Shown here piece after piece: positions 30,785 through 42,579 of a DNA stretch of 64,000 nt. Made by a program: the position numbers and the translations under genes. Origin of the DNA: the human T2T-CHM13v2.0 reference genome, Homo sapiens. The notes beneath the pieces are model-generated. The model searched no databases. It worked only from the letters and a program-made list of their open reading frames with translations, and was not told where the DNA came from. The stretch lies in assembly GCF_009914755.1 (NCBI RefSeq), contig NC_060930.1. The stretch is one strand, 5' to 3'. How positions within the stretch are numbered: position 1 is the first letter of the stretch; each line of letters begins with the position of its first letter.

Positions 30785-31797
30785 AAATAAATTGGACATC
30801 ATCAAAATTAAAAATTCCTTTTACAACAAAGGACACTATCAAGACTTGAAAAACAACCCACTGAATGGAGAAAGTATTTCCAAATCACGTATCTGATAAA
30901 AGTCTAGTATCCAGAATATACAAATGACTCTTACCAACTTGACAATAAAAAAAGAATAACTCAATTTACCAATGAACAAAGGGTTTGAACAGACATTTTT
31001 CCAAAGAAGATATACAAATGGCCAATAATTACAGGAAAAAGATACTCAGTATCATTAGTCACTAGAAAAATACAAATAAAAAACAATGAAATAACACTTC
31101 ACACTCACTAGGATGGCTAAAATCATGGACAATAACAAATGTTGACAGGAATGTGAAGAAACGGGAACCCTTATACATTGCTGATGTGATTGTGAAATGG
31201 TACAGCCATTTGGAAAACAGTTTGGGAGTTTCTCAAAAAGTTAACCATAGAGTTACCATGTTACCTAGCAATTTTAATCCTAGGTATATACTCAAGAGAG
31301 TTTCAAATATATGTCCACCCACAAAAACTTGTACATGAATGTTCATAGCAGCATTATTCATAAAAGCCAAACAATGAAAACAATCCAAGTGTCCTTCAAC
31401 TGATGAACAGAAAAAATGTGGTATATTCGTACAATGGAATATGATTCAGCTATCAAAAGGAATGAAATACTGATGCATGCTATAACATGAATGAATCTTT
31501 AAAAAGTTATCCTAAGTGGCAGAAGTCAGTTCAAAAGGTGTATATTTTATTATTCCATTTATATTAAATGGCAGGAATTGACAAATCCATAGAGACAGAA
31601 AGTAGATTATTGGTTGCCAGGGGATGAAAGTAGAAGGCATGGGGAGGTTGCCATTTTTTTCTATTTAAAGGTGATGAAAATGTTCTAAAATGAGACAGTG
31701 GTGATGGTTGCACAACTCTCTGAATGTACTAAAACCCACTGAACTGTACACTTTAAAAGAATGAATTTTTTGGTATATGAATTATACTTTCATAAAA
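30785..31797 (+). mobile_element. L1MB ORF2 3' end and 3'UTR
   Basis: TTGGACATCATCAAAATTAAAA, AACAGACATTTTTCCAAAGAAGATATAC, ACTGAACTGTACACTTTAAAA. Confidence 0.85.
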
Positions 31798-31819
31798 TAT
31801 ACATTATGATGTCTCTTAT

Positions 31820-33860
31820 ATATACATATGCAGTTGCCTTTACTGATATTCTTTATTTCCTGTGTGGTTTCATGTAACTTTCTAGTGTTCTTTCATTCAG
31901 CCTGAATGGCTCCCTTTAGTACTTTTGTAGGGCAGGTCTGCTAATGGTAATTTCTCTTGGTTTTTGTTTATCTGGAAATGGCTTAATTTCCCTTAGCTTT
32001 CAAAGGCTAGTTTTTCTGAATATAGAATTCTTGGTGAATTCTTTTTCTTTCAGCCCTTCAAATATGTCATCCCATGGCCTTGTGGCCTCCATGGTTCCTG
32101 ATGAGAAATCAGCTGTTAATTTTAGTATTATAATCCCTTGTACGGATGATTCATTTTTCTTTTGTTGCATTTACATTCTCTCTGTGTATTTTAAAGGTTT
32201 CACTATGATGTATCTATGTGGGGATCTCTTTGTGTTTATCTTATGTGGCGTTAATTGAGCTTCTTAGATGTGTAGTTGTTTTTAATTATCTTTGGATAGT
32301 TTTCAGCCATTATTTTTTAAAATAATCTTTCTATTCCTTTCTCTCTCTCTCTCTTCTCCTCTTTGACTTCCTTTATGTGTATGTTGGTAAACTTAATGAT
32401 ATCCCATGGGTCTCTGAGGCGCTATCCTTTTTTTCTCTATTCTTTTTTTTTTGCTTGTATCTTAGACTAGATCATCTCAATTGACATATCTTCAATTTTT
32501 CTTATTCTTTCTTCTGCTAATTCAATATGCTGTTGAACTCTTCTACTAAATTTTAATTTCAGTTTTTCTATACTTTGAAATAGTTAGTTTTTAAAATAGT
32601 TTCTATGTATTGATATTTGATGAGACATCATAATTACCTTTAATTCCTTAGACATAGTTTCTGTTAGTTCTTTGAACATATTTAAACTCTTTGTCTCGTA
32701 AGTCCAACATCTGGGTTTCCTCAGAGACAGTCTCTATTGGCTGTTTTTCCCCTTTTTGGGGGCCATATCGTCATGCTTCTTTGCATGTCTCATTTTTTGT
32801 TGTTCTTGAAAACTGGACACTTTACATAATAAAATGTAGCGACTTTGGTAATCAGATTCCCCTTCTCCCAGAGTGGGGTTGTTTGTGACTGTTATTGTTG
32901 CTGCTGCTGTTTGTTTGTTTAGTGTCTTTTCTACATAATTCTATAAGGTCTATATTTTTTGCATGTAACTACTGAAGTCTCTATAGTTAGCTTAGTGGTT
33001 GGGTAATGGTTGGATAGAGATTTCCTTAAGGAATTTGAACCAGTAAGTCTTCCAACCTTTGCCAAATGGCTACGGTGTATGTTGAGGCATGCCTTCAGTG
33101 ATCTGGCAGGCAATTTACAACTTTGCTTTAATCTTCCTAAAGATGAATTTTAGCCTCTCTAAAACCAAATTTTGCACGGAGCCTCAAGATCAGCCTAAGG
33201 TGAGAAACTGGAGCCTTCTCAATTCTTTCCTGGGCATGCACACAACCCTAAGCATGCATGTGGCCTCCTAGAATCTCAGAAATATGTTGGAATTTTTCAA
33301 AGCCCTTTATGGATATCTCACTCCCCAGTTTTTCCTTTTAAGATTTTTGGTCAGCCTCATGCTGCCTCCAGCAGTGGTGATGTTAAACCATTGCTATTCA
33401 TTGATTTTTACAAATGCTCTGGTGAAAAGGTTGTTTGCATGGAACATGCTCTCAGTGAGGTAAAATAAAGACAAGCTTTGAGAATGGAGCTTTTCCAGGG
33501 AGTTTCCAGAGATGTCAAATATGACAATTCTCTGGGGATGGGGCTTTTGGGGGGAGCTCCAAATCCATTCTGCCCATTGCCGTGGCTGCTAGGCTGCTGG
33601 TTTTCATAGCTACTATAGTGAAAGGCTATAGGTTTTCAAGGCTACCATGGAGCTATAGAGCAAGGGATGGGGACAGGGTCTCTCCACAGAGGACACTGCT
33701 CTTACTGAGGTTCATCTGATGTTCTTGAATAAACACTCCTTAGATTGTTGCAAGCCTTTGGTTAATTGCCAGAATTCTGAATTTTGACAATTTTTGCCAG
33801 TGATCTCCTTGTTTTTACAAAGGGGCAGATTTTGAGAAGTACTAACTTTACCATTTTGCA
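31820..33860 (-). mobile_element. Old L1M 5'UTR/ORF1 region
   Basis: T-rich antisense ORF1 motifs GTAGGGCAGGTCTGCTA, TGATGAGAAATCAGCTG, TTGAGCTTCTTAGATGTGT. Confidence 0.7.
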
Positions 33861-33899
33861 AGTGCTTCTCCTAGTAAGTATTTTGAGCTGAATGGGAAG

Positions 33900-35500
33900 G
33901 AAAGCACAACATATCAAATGTTTTGGGATTCTGCTAAAGCAATAATTAGGGGAAACGTTATAGCACTCACCACCTGTGTTAGAAAATAAGATAGGATTCA
34001 AAACCATGACCTCAGCTCTCACCTTAAAAAACTAGAAAAAGAAGATTAATGAAACACAAAGTAAGCAGAAGAAAGAAAATAGTAACAATCAGAGCAGAAA
34101 TCAATGAAATAGAAGACAGATAAACAACACAGAAAGTAAATGCAACACAAAGCTGGTACATTGAGGAGATAAATAAAATTGATGTACCTCTAGACAGATT
34201 AATCAGTACGGGGTTGGGGTGTGATAACACAAATATTCAACATCAGGAATGAAAGAAGGGGCATCACTACACAATCTGCACATATTAAAAGTATAATAAA
34301 GGAATATTATTAACAATTTTATACCAATAAATTTGACAATTCATATAAAATTAATAAATCCCTGGAAAGTCAGAAACTATCAAATGCCAGTCAAGAAGTA
34401 GATAAACTGGATACTTCCACATCTGTTAAAGAAAGTGAATTCATAGCAAAATTTTATCCACAAGAACTCTGATTTTTAAAAAAATAAATCAAAGAAGATC
34501 TAAATTAATAGAGAGATATTCTATGCCCATGGCTGGGAAGTTCTGACAGTACTAAGATACCAGTTCTTCCCAACTTGATCTATAGGTTTAATGCAATCCA
34601 AATCAAAATCCCAGAAAGTTATTTGTGGTTATTGATAAACTAATTATAAAGTTTATCTGGAAAGGCAAAAGACTCAGAATAGCCAACATAATATTAAAGA
34701 AATAGAACAAACTCAGAGGACTGGCATTACTTGATTTCAAGATTATTATAAAGCACAGTAGTGAAAACAGTGTGATATTGGCATAAGAATAACAAACAGA
34801 TCAAAAAACAGAATAGAGAGCTCAGGAACAGACACACACTAATATAATCAACTGACCCTGGTCAAAGGAGCAACGACAGTTCAATTGAGAAAAAAAAAAC
34901 CAGTTTTTTTCAACAAATGGTGCCGGAACAACTGGACATCTACATGCAACAAAATGAATCCAGACACAGACCTTATACTTTTCACAAACATTAGCTTAAA
35001 ATGAATCATAGGCCTAATGTAAAATGCAAAACTATAAAACCTCTGGGAGGTAACATAGGAGTCAATCTAGGTGAACTTGGGTCTAGCAATGGGTTCTTAG
35101 ATATACTGCCAAAAGCATAATCCATGAAAGAAAAAAAACTGATAAGTTGGACTTCATTAAAATGTAAAACTTCTGCCACGTGAAAGACACAGCTAAGAGA
35201 ATGAAAAGGCAAATTACAGACTGGGAGAAAATCTTTGCAAAACACACGTGTGACATAGGACTTATATCCAAAACACACAGAGAACTCTGAAAACTCAACA
35301 ATAAGAAAATGAATACTCAATTTCACAAAAATGGGCAAAAGATCAGAAGACACCTCAAGAAAAAAGATATTCAGGTAGCAAATAAGCATATGCAAAAATA
35401 TTATGAAAATAAGCTCAATCTCATATGTCAATTGGGAATTGCATGTTTTTTAAAAATGAGATGCCACTGTACACCTATGGAAATAGCGAAAATCTAAAGC
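33900..35500 (+). mobile_element. Old L1M ORF2 fragment with internal deletion
   Basis: AGAGCAGAAATCAATGAAATAGAA; TTCAACAAATGGTGCCGGAACAACTGG; sequence jumps near 34470 across the RT core. Confidence 0.8.
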
Positions 35501-35962
35501 ACTGATGAAGTATCTCAGAAAAAAATAACTTTCAATGTTAAAAAATGGTCATGGCAGCATCATCATAGTGAAAAAACAGGAAATAATCAAAATGTAGGCA
35601 GAAGACTAGCTCAATCTATTGAAGTATATTCACACAATGGAATATTATAGAGCAGCTGAAACAAACAAACGAGAACTATAAGGAACAACAGGAATGAGTT
35701 ACAGCAACAAAATTGAGTTAAGAAAGCAAGCTGTAGACTATTATAGAGTGTATAAAGCAATTTTTATAAAGTAAATTTGAACAGTATGTTGTTTAGTGAT
35801 GGGTTCATATGTGGTAAAAGTATTTTTGAAAATATAAAGCAAAGCTAAGCTCAAAACTGGCTAGTGGATTCTTCAGGGGGTTGGAGTGGAAGAAAGGGAG
35901 TCCACAGTGGGTTTCATCATTGTGCGACCATGTCCTACTTCTTAAGCTAGGTGATAGGTTCA

Positions 35963-36304
<342 letters not shown>

Positions 36305-37338
36305 CTTCATACCTTGCTTATCAATTATATATATTCTTTCGTATGTATTCAATATAACATAGTTTATACATTTTAAAAGATGGTCTACTCATAACCCAAG
36401 ATTGAGAAACACTGTCCCAGACCTATTTTCATTTAAAAAAATTCAGAATCAGTGTTAGCAAATCTCTCATGCCATTAAAATAATTCCCACTAAAGTACTC
36501 TCAGAAGGATAAAATCTAATTAATATAACTTCTTTTACAGTACTTTTGGTACTGTAAAATGTACCCTTAGTTAACGGAGAAAGTTGTATTCTCAAATATA
36601 ATGTTAAAAGTCATTTTCAAAAATTATAGCTTTTGTTTTGAAAACATTGAGCTCCAGTTCTTATTTCTGATAGTACTATAAATAGACAGCAAGGCCAGGC
36701 TCTGTTATAATTACTGTTGTGAGGCCATGAATCACGTTGCCTGCGCATGGAGGAATGCTTATTGTTTTCTTCTTTATGCATTCAATTTACCCAAAAGTAA
36801 TCTGAAACTCTTTGTGTGCAGGGGGTCAGGGCATGCCCCTTATAATTCCAGTAAGCACTGTTATCAGACCCATATAAACAAGGTTCCCACAGACCCTCAC
36901 ACGTTTAATGATAAGGAGCTAGTTCTCTATTAAAATCAATAGCTGGGGTTATGTTTTGAATTCAAAGAGCTTAGCTCATACTTGGTACCAGTCCATGGCA
37001 TCAAAAGATGAGTAAAGATCAGTAAAACTGTTGACGACCTTGATTCATTCACTTTGCCCTTAGAAATTTTTTCCATGGGGTGCCACTAACAGGAGAGTAG
37101 CCCACCACTATTTGCCTTAGAAGCCCAGATTCATATTTCATTAAGAAGGAAATTGATATAGACTTTACACAGAATATCCAATAAGCTATTGGTTAAAATA
37201 TGGGAGCAGTAGAGGTTTACCTTTTTATTAAAAAAAAAATAGGATAGCTATGTGTAAAAGCAAATAATGGTATTAGGGAGTATAGGTGTAAACAAAATGG
37301 GAAAGCTGTAGTGTTCTTCAAAAGATTTAGGGGCAGGA

Positions 37339-37687
<349 letters not shown>

Positions 37688-37932
37688 CTAGAGGTTTTTA
37701 TTCTACCTTGGGTGAATTTCTGAATCTAGTCACAAAGAAATGTTGGATTTTTAAGAAGTTAATTTTTAGCATTTCATGAATTTTAGACAAGCACATTTAT
37801 CAAATGGCATTTCCATTTTTGATCTATGTCCTTCAGTTGAGTCAGTATGGGATTTTAACCTGACAAAAGCTGAAAGTATTTTACAAACTTTGAATGTGTA
37901 GTAACTGGTAGAGCAAGGACCACATTAATTCT

Positions 37933-38357
37933 TGATGAAAGAAGAATTTCAGCCAAATTAAATTTAAAGGAGTTTAATTTGAGCAATGAACGATTTGTGA
38001 ATTGGGCAGCCCCCAGAATCAGCAGATTCACAGAGGCTCCAGCGTAGTCACATGGTGGAAGAAGATTTATAGACAAGAAAAAGGGAAATGACATACAGAA
38101 ATTGGAAGTGAAGTACAGAATGGCTGGGTTGTTTACAGCTCGGTGTATGCCTTATTTGAACACAGTTTGAATGCTCAGCAGTGTATGAATTGAAGTATGG
38201 CCACTGGGATTGGCCAAGACATAGCTATTGTTACAGCATACCACTAAGTTAGCTTTTCAATTTTGTCTGCCTATTAAGCTAGGTTACAGTTCATCCACCA
38301 GGACTCAAATACAGAAGTACAGAGTCCTTCTCAGGCCATATTTAGGTTGCTTTAACA
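37933..38357 (-). mobile_element. MER57 ERV1 solo LTR
   Basis: Reverse complement starts TGTTAAAGCAACCTAAATATGGCCTGAGAAGGACTC; 4-bp TSD TTCT. Confidence 0.8.
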
Positions 38358-38674
38358 TTCTCAGCATCATGAAGGCCAATGGTTGCTGATGGCTCTCTAT
38401 GGGCCTGGCACAAAGCTGAGTCCTTTATATGTTTCTCCTATTCAATCTTCAGAGCACTTTGAGGTCGGTGCCACCATTATCCCCATTTTGCAATGAAGCT
38501 TAGAGCCTTAGAGGTTAAAGATTACACTGCTGTATCCGGAGCCTGACTTTTTTCACCGGCACTATAAATAAACAAATACACAATGTAAGTCTGTGTAATA
38601 TAACAGATATACAGAGGATGTGGAGAAATTTAGTTTCTACCAGTCCTATTAGTAGCATAGTTGATTCCTTCCAA

Positions 38675-39446
38675 TGAAACCACCTTTGCAAAAATTATGA
38701 CTGAGAGAGAAATTTGACATAGCTGACTCCATCCTGCTTCTAACCTCAGAAGCTGTCTTTGCTCATTCCTGGGTTTAGGCCAAGCTAACTATGGAGAAAT
38801 TTAGCTTGTAGTTTAACTTTGAAGCAAGGATGATAATAGTCCCTCCCCAAACTGACCCCCTCTGGGGACTGAAACTGCCTTTGTAAGACTAATGAAAGGC
38901 CACAAGTTTAGGATTATGGAAAGGGCTGAATTCTGCTAAAATGTAGGCTAGTTAAATGATAACCAGCCATTATCCCCTAGATTGCTTTTCTATAATAGCT
39001 TACTGCTCAGTCATGTACCCAGAGGTAACATGATCTGTAACTTTCCCAATTGCTCCTGCAGATAACATCTCTATTGTCAAAACCTAAAGATTGGTCTTTG
39101 AGATGTTTTTCAGATTTTTCCATTCTGGCAGACCAACTGACACCACCCAGACCTATGACTCATACCCAGAAACTGACTCAGCATGGGAAGACAGTTTGGA
39201 CACTCCTATTTCATCCCCAACCACTTAGCAGCATTCTCTAACCTACTGCCCACCAAATTATCTTTAAGAACTCTAGGCTCTGATCTCTTGAGGGGGTGGA
39301 TTTGAGAAAAATCTCCTGTCCTGTTGCTGGGCTACCTTGTGATAATTAAACTCTTTCTCTGCTGTAACACTGCTGTCTCAGTTTTTATCTGTGCAGTGAA
39401 TTGGTTTTATCTGTACAGTGTGCAAGAAGAATCCACTGGGCTTCCA
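38675..39446 (+). mobile_element. LTR8-family solo LTR (LTR8A/8B-like)
   Basis: TGAAACCACCTTTGCAAAAATTATGAC start, CTGACTCCATCCTGCTTCTAACCTC, ATTAAA poly(A) variant. Confidence 0.8.
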
Positions 39447-40974
39447 CCACTGAGATCAAAGGTGGGAGGAATGGTTTGGAAGATGTGGCACTGACTTCCT
39501 CTTTCTCTTCGAGGTTTCCTCTCTATATCTGAACCTGAGCAATTCAGTGGCCATTCAGCTCACTGTGGAGCACTACCTAGGTCCTCATGAATGATTACCA
39601 TCCCTTCATAGATCTATCTGTTTATTGCCCCACCATTCAATTCAACAAACACATATTGAATTCCCACTGTAGTTGCAAGGATAAGAAAGATAGACAAGGC
39701 AGGATACCTCTCTAGTTGGGGAAATATGAGGTGTCAGCAAATGATTACAGTATTGTTCACTAAGTGGTTCATTAGAATAACAATCCACTGGTAGCAGTGC
39801 TCTCTCCTGAACATACGGAGCTTGCCTTTGGGGCTTGTATGTGCCTTGTGATAGATCTTGCTTGAAGTATTTATATTTCCAAATGTGTGAATCATTTATT
39901 CTCTTAGGCACTGTAAACTCCATCTTAAACAAAATTTGCTTTACTCCAGAAGATGCTTTCTCAAAGCTAAGCTAAGCATCGTCACAGACTAATGTGGCAT
40001 TGTATTTGCAGATACTTACAGCAAAGTCTAGAAAAGAAAAGAATTTACTCCAACATTTTAAAAAGTACATAAACGAATGGCTTCAGCTTTTGATATTTGT
40101 CATACTTACAACATAAAAACACTACCTCAAATCTAAAATATTATTCAATTCAAAAGAGAAAACTATATCAACTTGCACTAAATTACAATTCCTAACTAAT
40201 GCAATAATTTCATTGTGTGTGCAAGAGAATGAATATATTGAATATTCTTGTTTTAAGAAAGACTGTATTTATAAGTGATATTTTATAAACAGTAGTAGTT
40301 TAAGAATTTTCACCATTAGACAGCTAAAAATTCCAGATCCTTAGGAATTAGTAATTTCATGTCTATGAACTTGTCCTAAGGAAATATGTATGGGCACAAA
40401 AATAAGTCTAAGCATGTTCAACATAGTATTATTTATATAATACTAGAAAAACATTGGGGTAAAAACTAAATCATAAACAAGAGGAGAATAGACTGTTAAG
40501 CACACATATTAAATATTTTCACAAATAGTTAATGATATGGGAAAATGTTAATGTTAAGTTAAAAAGAAAAAGACTTGCAGACAGACATGATAGTGATCTC
40601 AATTCTGTAATAACCATGCCACAACTCCCAGGAGATGCTCCCCTCAGCAGCCATATTTGTTTTCTGGGACCCAATAAATTTAGGAGTGGGATTGAGATTG
40701 AATAACATTCTTCTCTGCTGGCCACACATATGCTCATATGCATATGGAGGTGGGGAGAGATAGAGAGAGAGAGAGACAAGAAAGAGAGAGAGAAGGGGTA
40801 GATGCCTGGATTTCTGATAGCTTCAAATACTATATCCAGGCTTTTTCAGGTACCACTTTAATTTTTTCCCTTTCCACTTAAGCTGATGTCATTACATTAA
40901 AAAATTATAACATTACAATCAGATAAGTGCAGAAAACATGGACCTTTTCATCTTTAAAATATGTCAGGCCTCTG

Positions 40975-41377
40975 GGATTAAGAAAATGTGGCACATATAC
41001 ACCATGGAATACTATGCAGCCATAAAAAATGATGAGTTCATGTCCTTTGTAGGGACATGGATGAAACTGGAAATCATCATTCTCAGTAAACTATCGCAAG
41101 GACCAAAAACCAAACACTGCATGTTCTCACTCATAGATGGGAATTGAACAATGAGAACGCATGGACACAGGAAGGGGAACATCACACTCTGGGGACTGTT
41201 GTGGGGTGGCGGGGGAGGGATAGCATTAGGAGATATACCTAATGCTAAATGACGAGTTAATGGGTGCAGCACACCAGCATGGCACATGTATACATATGTA
41301 ACTAACCTGCACATTGTGCACATGTACCCTAAAACTTAAAGTATAATAATAATAAAAATAAATAAAATAAATAAAAT
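40975..41377 (+). mobile_element. 5'-truncated L1PA3 (or L1PA2), about 400 bp, inserted inside the HERV-H 5' LTR
   Basis: ORF2 end and 3'UTR with GACGAG and TTAAAG (not L1HS-Ta alleles); A-rich tail; 19-bp TSD AAAATATGTCAGGCCTCTG at 40956-40974 and 41378-41396; TT/AAAA nick site. Confidence 0.93.
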
Positions 41378-41383
41378 AAAATA

Positions 41384-41818
41384 TGTCAGGCCTCTGAGCC
41401 CAAGCCAAGCCATCGCATCCCCTGTGACTTGCATGTATACATCCATATGGCCTGAAGTAACCGAAGATCCACAAAAGAAGTAAAAATAGCCTTAACTGAT
41501 GACATTCCACCATTGTGATTTGTTTCTGCCCCACCCTAACTGATCAATGTACTTTGTAATCTCCCCCGCCTTTAAGAAGGTTCTTTGTAATTCTCCCCAC
41601 CCTTGACAATGTGCTTTGTGAGATCCACCCTTGCCCGCAAAGCATTGCTCTTAACTTCACCGCCTATCCCAAAACCTATAAGAACTAATGATAATCCACC
41701 ACCCTTTGCTGACTCTCTTTTCGGACTCAGCCCACCTGCATGCACCCAGGTGAAATAAACAGCCATGTTGCTCACACAAAGCCTGTTTAGTGGTCTCTTC
41801 ACACAGACACGCATGAAA
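41384..41818 (+). promoter_or_regulatory. HERV-H 5' LTR (LTR7 family with type-II-like repeats, probably LTR7B)
   Basis: TGTCAGGCCTCTGAGCCCAAG...GCATGAAA; TATAAG at 41677; AATAAA at 41754; three 31-bp CTTTGT repeats at 41552, 41583, 41614; subtype uncertain. Confidence 0.9.
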
Positions 41819-41820
41819 TT

Positions 41821-41838
41821 TGGTGCCATGACTCGAAT
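41821..41838 (+). other. Primer-binding site (tRNA-His)
   Basis: TGGTGCCATGACTCGAAT versus TGGTGCCGTGACTCGGAT (2 G>A changes). Confidence 0.9.
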
Positions 41839-41889
41839 CGGGGGACCTCCCTTGGGAGATCAATCCCCTGTACTGCTGTTCTTTGCTCC

Positions 41890-42579
41890 ATGAGAAAGAT
41901 CCACCTACGACCTCAGGTCCTCAGACCGACCAGCCCAAGAAACATCTCACCAATTTCAAATCCAGTAAGCAGCCTCTTTTTACTCTCTTCTTCAACCTCC
42001 CTCACTATCCCTCAACCTCCTTCTCCTTTCAATCTTGGTGCCACACTTCAATCTCTCCCTTCTCTTAATTTCAATTCCTTTCATTTTCTGGTAGAGACAA
42101 AGGAGACATGTTTTATCTGTGGACCCAAAACTCAGGCGCTGGTCACAGACTGGGAAGGCAGCCTTCCCTTGGTGTTTAATCATTGCAAGGATGCCTCTCT
42201 GATTATTCACCCACGTTTCAAAGGTGTCAGACCACCCAGGGACACCTGCCTTGGTCCTTCACCCTTAGCGGCAAGTCCCACTTTTCTGGGGGAGGGGCAA
42301 GTACCCAACCCCTTCTCTCCATGTCTCCACCCCTTCTCTGCCCTTTTGGGGCAGGGGCAAGAAGCCCTTAACCCCTTCTCCTTCACCCCTAGTGGCAAGT
42401 CCCACTTTTCTAGGGGGCAAGAACCCCCAATCCCTTATTTCCATGCCCCAACCCCTTCTCTGCTTTTCTGGAGGGCAAGAACCCCCCACCCCTTCTCCGT
42501 GTCTCTACTCTTTTCTCTGGGCTTGCCTCCTTCACTATGGGCAAGTTTCCACCCTCCATTCCTCCTTCTTCTCCCTTAG
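41890..42579 (+). other. 229-codon ORF in the HERV-H leader, ESRG-ORF-like; translation unproven
   Basis: MRKIHLRPQVLRPTSPRNISPISNPVS...GATLQSLPSLNFNSFH...VTDWEGSLPLVFNHC resembles, from memory, the putative HERV-H-derived ESRG protein. Confidence 0.35.

Noticed and set aside
36533-36559. Perfect 11-bp stem with a 5-nt loop (TTTTACAGTAC...GTACTGTAAAA)
   Set aside because: One such AT-rich stem is plausible by chance in 64 kb, and there is no supporting context
40975-41377. Possible human-specific polymorphic L1HS
   Set aside because: The 3'UTR has GAG and A alleles rather than Ta ACA and G, and the tail is patterned, so it is an older L1PA2/3
42255-42500. About four imperfect tandem repeats (CTTTTCTGGGG..GGGCAAG.ACCCC) in the proviral leader
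   Set aside because: This is a normal HERV-H leader repeat; units are degenerate with no unique spacers, so it is not CRISPR-like
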